This document shows, one piece after another, positions 57,661 to 64,000 of a stretch of 64,000 bases of DNA. Source of the DNA: the human T2T-CHM13v2.0 reference genome, Homo sapiens. The stretch lies in NCBI RefSeq assembly GCF_009914755.1, contig NC_060928.1; one strand, written 5' to 3'. Position numbers and translations under genes: made by a program. Within the stretch, counting starts at the first letter, position 1, and each line of letters starts with the position of its first letter. Under the pieces are notes generated by a model. The model was not told where the DNA came from and did no database searches. It saw nothing but the letters and a program-made list of their open reading frames with translations.

Positions 57661-57747
57661 TTTTAAACAAACCTCATCACTCAGTTCCTTTGGAAGGAGT
57701 TAGGTGCTACAACATACATTTCTTCTATTATTAATGCATAGTCATGC

Positions 57748-57750
<3 letters not shown>

Positions 57751-57785
<35 letters not shown>
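57751..57785. repeat. (TG)n microsatellite
   Basis: Directly visible in the sequence. Confidence 0.95.
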
Positions 57786-57788
<3 letters not shown>

Positions 57789-60605
57789 ACTTAGTACATA
57801 TAATAATAATTAAAATAGCATCTTATACAGTAATGGGGAAAGATACTGTTAAAAAATATGGGACACAGACTCTTCATTTATAATATTTTAAACACTAATA
57901 TGGATTCTTAGGAAGACTAATGTTATTTGTTTATTTATCTTTAATTTTGTATTGTTATAGTTCTGCCAAATAACTTGTGCTCATTCCAGGCAGCTTTTCT
58001 GTTTAGTCATGAGAATTTATTTCTCTGCCTATGAGCACAAAGGAAAAGTTACTTGTGATTGAGAAGACGTTATATATTTCTCTCAACTATATAATCCAAC
58101 ACAAAACATTTTTTCATGTTCTTATTGGACATTTAAATATTCCTTGGTAAAATTCCTGTTTAGATCTTTTAAACATTTTTTGATTAAATTATTTGTCTTT
58201 TTAACATTGAGCTGTAAGCTTTCTTTATATATTTTTTATATAAGTCACTTATCAGGTATGTAACTTGTAAATATGTACTTCAAACTCTGGTTTCTCTTTT
58301 GACCTTATTGATGGTGTTCTTTAATGTGTAAAAATTTTAATTTTGATGAAATCTAATTTATCAATTTTATTTTGGTTGCTTCTTCTTCTGGTGTCATATC
58401 TAAAAACCTTGCCACATTCAAGATTACACAAAATTTTACTTTGCTGTATATACAGTTGTTTTGGTGCTTTGAAATATTAATGAATTCATTCTTTCAGCAA
58501 CCCCATGAGGTCGGTAATGCTATGACAACCACTGCCATTTCATTGGTGAGGAAGTTGAAGCAAATAAAGTCCAAGTAACTTGTCCAGCCCCACATCATTA
58601 TGTAGTGGTTTCTCAGAGGCTTGAATCCAGGCCATCTGGATCCAGAGTGCTAGCTCTTAACCACCACGTTATGCTGACTCTTCTATTTGGGGTACAGATA
58701 TTTTCAAAATATAATATTCCCTATTTTTCACTTATGTAGCTATATATTAATTGTAATTTTATTACAAATGTATAATTTAAAATGTTTAGAACTATTATTC
58801 CAGTTATGTATCACTGCATGAAAAATTGTTTTCAAATGTCAGGCCTTAAAATAACTGTAATCATTTTATTACCATCTCTCAGAATCTGTGTGTTGGTTGG
58901 GCTCAGTTATGTGTTCCTTCCACAAAGTTTCTTAGGTAGCTACTTTCCTATGGTGCCTCGGTCTATAATTATCTGAAGATCATTCACTTACATACTTAAT
59001 GATTCAGGTTGAAAGGCTCAAAGTACTAGTGGGCTACCAGGATTTCTTAGGCATATATTTGTGTCTCTCTGCCAAATTGTCATTTATTATGGGGACTACA
59101 TATTGAATTGAGGAGATGTGGAGAGAAAAAGAGACATAAAAACAAAAGATAGAAAGAGAGAGAGAGAAGCGGAGAGGGAACATGTTGTTTCCAACAGAAC
59201 TTTGAAAGTTAATCTGCATTATTTCCACTGCATCTTTTTTGTTGAGGCAGCTACAAGGTCTGCCAAACTTCAAAGGGAGGGGATATTACTTGACAGGAAA
59301 ATTGTCAAAGTATTTATAGTCATGTCACAAAATCACAACCATTCTAACATTTTGAAGAAGACAGCAGAAGTTATTAAGCAATTGTAAGATTTATAAAATA
59401 TTAAATATAATAAAAGAAAATACAAAAATTTTGTGAATTTAGATTTCTACAGTTCTTGCAATTTTTTAAACATTGTGTTATATTTATCCATAGGTATTTT
59501 AAACATGGAACCAGTGTTCTAAAAAAAAAGCTGCAAATGAATGAAATAGCATGTGAGAAACCTGATCAATTCAAATTTTTTGAATAACACTAATGAATTA
59601 ATAAAGAGATGTTAATTTTTAGAGCTTCCTGTATTGATTTTATGTATTTATTTCACAAATTAATTTTTGAACCTCATAAATAATATATGAAAATATTGTA
59701 AAAAGTTAAATGCTGCAGAATTCTGTAGAATAAAATCTAAAATTCCCATCCTTGGATTTATGTGTACTCTGCTAGATTTGTTTTTCCTTGTACAAGTTTA
59801 CATATATTTTATTTTATTTCATTGCAAGGAAGGCTTTTTTTTTCTGGAAACTATTTTTTCTATTTAGCAGTGGAATAAACTGTTCCCTACAATGGCTACA
59901 CTCACACATTTGTTGGAGGTATGTGTGTTCATTGACTGGAGCCATTTAAGTGCTGGAGGAAATATTCTGTTCATACATGTGCTTATATGGAAGGATTTCT
60001 GCATGACAGGTTTCTAGATGTAGAACTTCAGTTTCAAACTGTATATTGACATTTTATTTTAGAAGGTTATTTCACATTATACTCCCGCAAAAATAGATTT
60101 CTCAGGTTTTTATAGGTTGCAAATCTTTACAGCATTAATTTTCCATTGTTTCTATTTTCCTGAGCATCAGGTACTTTATAATCTTTCATATGTTTTCAGT
60201 GATTTTGCTTTGAAGTGCCTATTTATATTTTCATTAAGTTTTTATATTGGAACATTTCCCTTTTTTGGTTGGTGATTGTAGTTCTCACTAAACAATAGAT
60301 ATCCATCTTTTAAGTATGATGTAGAATAGGTTTAATGTGAATTAATTCAGGCTTATAAGAATGATAACAAAAATTATTAACATTTACCACCTTATTATTT
60401 CTGTTTTTCTTTATAAATGTATCAATAGCTAGATAATTTGTATAAAATATTCTCTTATCAATGCTTCCTATAATTTCTTTAACATCAATGTTTTAGTGTG
60501 TTTGTGTATAACATGATTTATATATATATGCATACAAATACAAATCTACATATCTAGTGATATATATATAGTGATATATATGTGTGTGTGTTTGTATGTG
60601 TGTGT

Positions 60606-60648
<43 letters not shown>

Positions 60649-61205
60649 TGTATTTAAATCATGACTTAGGCTCAAGAATATTTGTTGTGAGTCTTGGTTA
60701 CTTATGGGACTTCTGATCAACAAAGACAACTAGGTTTCTGTCAATTTGGACCAGTTTGATCATAAAGTGCTTTCCTGATGTGCAGATTAAAGGAGGTTTA
60801 TGTCTTGATTTAGCTATTTTCCACAAAATTTATAAACTTTTTGTATTCTTTGTAGATATATTTTTGTTATGATAAAAAATTTAGTGTTGCCATATTATAT
60901 TTATAGGAGGGAAGGATCAAAAGACTGTGGAAAAAAGAAAAAAAATTAATCATGATCATTTATAGTTATGTAGAATAATAATTATTATTTCAAACTGTCT
61001 TCAATAAACACATTTCACGACATACCTATTAGATAGTTAAGTGATGCTGTGTTGTGTTTCAAAAGAAATGGACATGTATATGTACATGCATGTTTAACAG
61101 GATTGAAAATTCACTAAGTACCTTTAGAATGCATTTCTTATATTATCACAAACTAATATTAAGAACTTATATTTTCTATTAAAGGACAAAAATGAGAATA
61201 AAACC

Positions 61206-62970
61206 TATATGAAATTTAGGATTTTTTTTCTAGTTCTGTTAAGAATGATGATCGTATGTTGATGAGAATTGCATTGAATTCATAGATTGCTTTTGGCTGT
61301 ATGGTCATTTTCATAAAATTGATTTTACCCATCCATGAGCATGGGAGGTGTTTCCATTTGTTTGTGTCATCTATGATATTTTTGGGAAGTATTTTGTAGT
61401 TTTCTTAGTAGCGGTTTTTTACCTTCTTGTTTGGGTATATTTCTAAGTATTTTATGTTTTTCTTTTTCTTTTTGATTCAGCTGCTGTGAAAAGGGTTGAA
61501 TTCTTTATTTGATTCTCAGCTTGAAGTCTGCATAGCCAAAGCAAGACTAAGCAAAAAGAACAAATCTGGAGGTATCACATTACCCAACTTCAAACTACTA
61601 CAGAGCTGTAGCTACTGAAACATGATGGCAAAGGTATAAAAACAGACATGTAGACCAATGGAACAACATAGAGAATCCAGAAATAAAATTGAATACTTAT
61701 AGCCATCTGATCTTTGACAAAACAAACAAAAACATAAAGCGGAGAAAGGACAGCCTATTCAACCATTGGTGCTGGGATAATTGACAAGCCACATGTAGTA
61801 GAATGGTACTGAATTCACATCTCTCACCTTATAAGATAGATGAAGGAATTAAATCTAAGACCTGAAACAATAAAAATTCTAGAAGATAACATCAGAAAGT
61901 CTTTTCTAGACATTGGCTTAGACAAGGACTTCATGACCAAGAACCCAAAAGCAAATACAACAAAAACAAACATAAATCGACGTGACTTAAACTAAAAATC
62001 TTCTGCACAGCAAAAGAAATAATCAGCTGAGTAAACAGACAACTCACAGAGTGGGAGAAAATATTCACAAACTATGCATCTGACAAATGACTAATATTCA
62101 GAATCTACAAAGAGTTTGAACAAATCGACAAGAGGAAAACAAATAATATGATCAAAAAGTAGGCTAAGATCATGAATTGACAATTCTCAAAAGAAAATAT
62201 ACAAATGGCCAACAAACAGAAAAAAATGCTCAACATCACTAATTATCATGGAAATGCAAATCAAAACCACAATGCAATACCACTGTCCTCCTGTAAGAAT
62301 GGACATCATTAAAAAACCCCAAAATAATATAATATTGGCATGGATGTGGTAAAAGGAAACACATAAACTAGCACAACCACTATAGAAAACAGTATGGAGA
62401 TTCCTTAAAAAACTAAAAGTAGATCTACATTTTTACCCACCTATCCTATTACTGGGTATCTACCCATAAAAAAAGAAGTCATTATATGCAAAGACTCATG
62501 CACACACATCTTTACAGCAGTACAATTCCCAATTGTAAAAATATGGAACAAACCTAAATGCCCATCAAGCAATGGGTGTATTAAAAAAATGTGGTATATA
62601 CACACACACACACCGTGGAATACTACTCAGCCATAAAAAGGAACAAAATAATGCCATTCATAGCAACCTGGATGCAGCTGGAGACCATTATTCTAAGTGA
62701 AGTAATTCAGGATTAGGTAACCAAATATTTTAACTTCTCACTTACAAGTGGGAGCTAAGCTATGAAAATGCAAAGGCATAAGAATAATACAATGGACTCT
62801 CAGGACTCAGGGAAGGGTCAGAGTGAGAAGAGGGATAAAAGACTACACGTTGGGTGCTGTGTACACTGCTCGGGTAATGGGTGTGCCAAAATTTCAGAAA
62901 TCACAACTAAGGAATTTATCCATCTAATCAAACACCACCTGTTCCCTAAAGTCTCTTGAAATAATTTAAA
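61206..62970 (+). mobile_element. L1PB-type element with a 5' inversion (antisense ~61206-61523, sense ~61531-62970)
   Basis: Sense ORF2 end and 3'UTR (gagggataaaagactacac..gggtgtgccaaaatttcagaaatcacaactaa..caccacctgttccc) preceded by an inverted ORF2 piece. Confidence 0.88.
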
Positions 62971-63908
62971 ATGTAAGAATAAAATCGACCAGATGAATAT
63001 TTTTAAATGACCAGAAAAAAATGGGTAAACTGAGGCTCACGGTGAAAGACTGGCTCAGCAGAAGGGTGGGACTGGACCCCAGCTTTCCTGACTTTTAGCC
63101 CCGTGTTCTTTCCACCACTCACTCACTCATTTCTTCATTTTTAATTTGTTTTATTTTTTGGACAAACATGTATTGATTTTCTTGGTATCATATGGAAAGT
63201 CTGAATTGGTTCATAGAGCAAAAGACTTTGTAAAATAGTTCAATATTACCGTAGGAAGCAGGTAGCAGTTGCTGTATTTCTAATTCCATATACATTCCAC
63301 TGCGAAATGACTAAAGCTCTAAAAAGTTAAACATTTTGCCATAACTTTTAGGAAAAAAACTGACACTTAAGCAGTATGCACCGTAAGAGCCAAGCAGCAG
63401 TACTCATCTCAAAATAGCAAAAGCAAGAGAGACATTTTTTATACAATTCAATTGTTTAACAGTTCCTTTAGCAACAGTTAAAATATGAAAATCCTGCTTA
63501 AAATGAGGCCAAAGTATTCTGAGTATTTGCAAAACAGTACCGATACTCTTAATACTCTTGTGTTTAAGTACAATATGTGAAATGTACTTAAGCTCAGTAA
63601 AAATGTTTTCATGTAACCTGTGAATGGGAGCAACACATTTCAATATAAGCTCGACAAATTTAAATACAAGTTCATATGGCTTTATACTATTTTATAATTT
63701 CGCTAGTACTTTCCTTCTCAACAAAAAGTATTTCTAAGGTATTAAATCTCTGAAAAACAAATTTTTATTTGACAAGGTAAGTAAGTTTTGAAGAGATTTT
63801 CTGTCACAGAAAGAAAGGAATCTTGCTTCATAACCTTTCTTGTTAGAATAAACTGAAGAAGTCTCGTCTATCAGGTTTCCTAGCTTCAAGCTTCAAATAC
63901 AAGTACAG

Positions 63909-64000
63909 CTAATCTCTTTTTCCCTTCTTTCCAGTTCTAGCAAACTTCCAGACACAAAACATACAACATTTTGTGATGATAAATATCACAGTTGCCACAC
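63909..64000 (-). CDS. 3' end of a UGT2B terminal exon 6 (gene or pseudogene continuing beyond the window)
   Basis: VATVIFIITKCCMFCVWKFARTGKKGKRD*: end of the transmembrane helix plus dilysine tail, open over the visible 92 bp. It resembles UGT2B4 and UGT2B10 but is not identical to either as I recall them, so no symbol is given. The downstream flank (63460-63900) is similar to 9870-10350. Confidence 0.8.
   Translation of the reverse strand, partial: VATVIFIITKCCMFCVWKFARTGKKGKRD

Noticed and set aside
63909-64000. Assigning the symbol UGT2B4, UGT2B10 or a named UGT2B pseudogene
   Set aside because: Only 92 bp are visible and the peptide does not exactly match those I recall; a database search is needed.

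Overview
AT-rich primate (human-like) genomic DNA from a UDP-glucuronosyltransferase 2 (UGT2B/UGT2A-type) gene cluster; no complete protein-coding gene lies inside the window. Eight UGT2 exon remnants, all on the minus strand, could be read by hand: an open terminal exon 6 running off the right edge (63909-64000), three further exon-6 copies (10356-10635, 26610-26874, 49614-49875), a full and a half exon 5 in tandem (28753-29114), an exon 4 (1401-1483) and an exon 3 (56882-57011). Most are missed or misframed by the ORF track. They sit in internal segmental duplications (1-930 = 27862-28730; 2460-2845 = 29550-30640; 24290-27010 = 47240-50015; 44130-45230 = 58480-59540). The window also holds a 5'-truncated SPOPL processed pseudogene, a gammaretrovirus-like provirus with a tRNA-Arg primer site (LTR-gag-pro-pol, env cut off), an ERV-L remnant, an ~11 kb nest of LTR elements, Tigger1, several L1s (two with twin-priming inversions), Alus and microsatellites. 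I found no evidence for a wholly new biological system. The best functional hypothesis is that the co-oriented orphan exon-6 copies, which keep their splice acceptors, act as alternative terminal exons for an upstream UGT2B gene. Repeat subfamily names and reference sequences are recalled from memory, not from a database search, and repeat boundaries are approximate unless a TSD or splice site is quoted.
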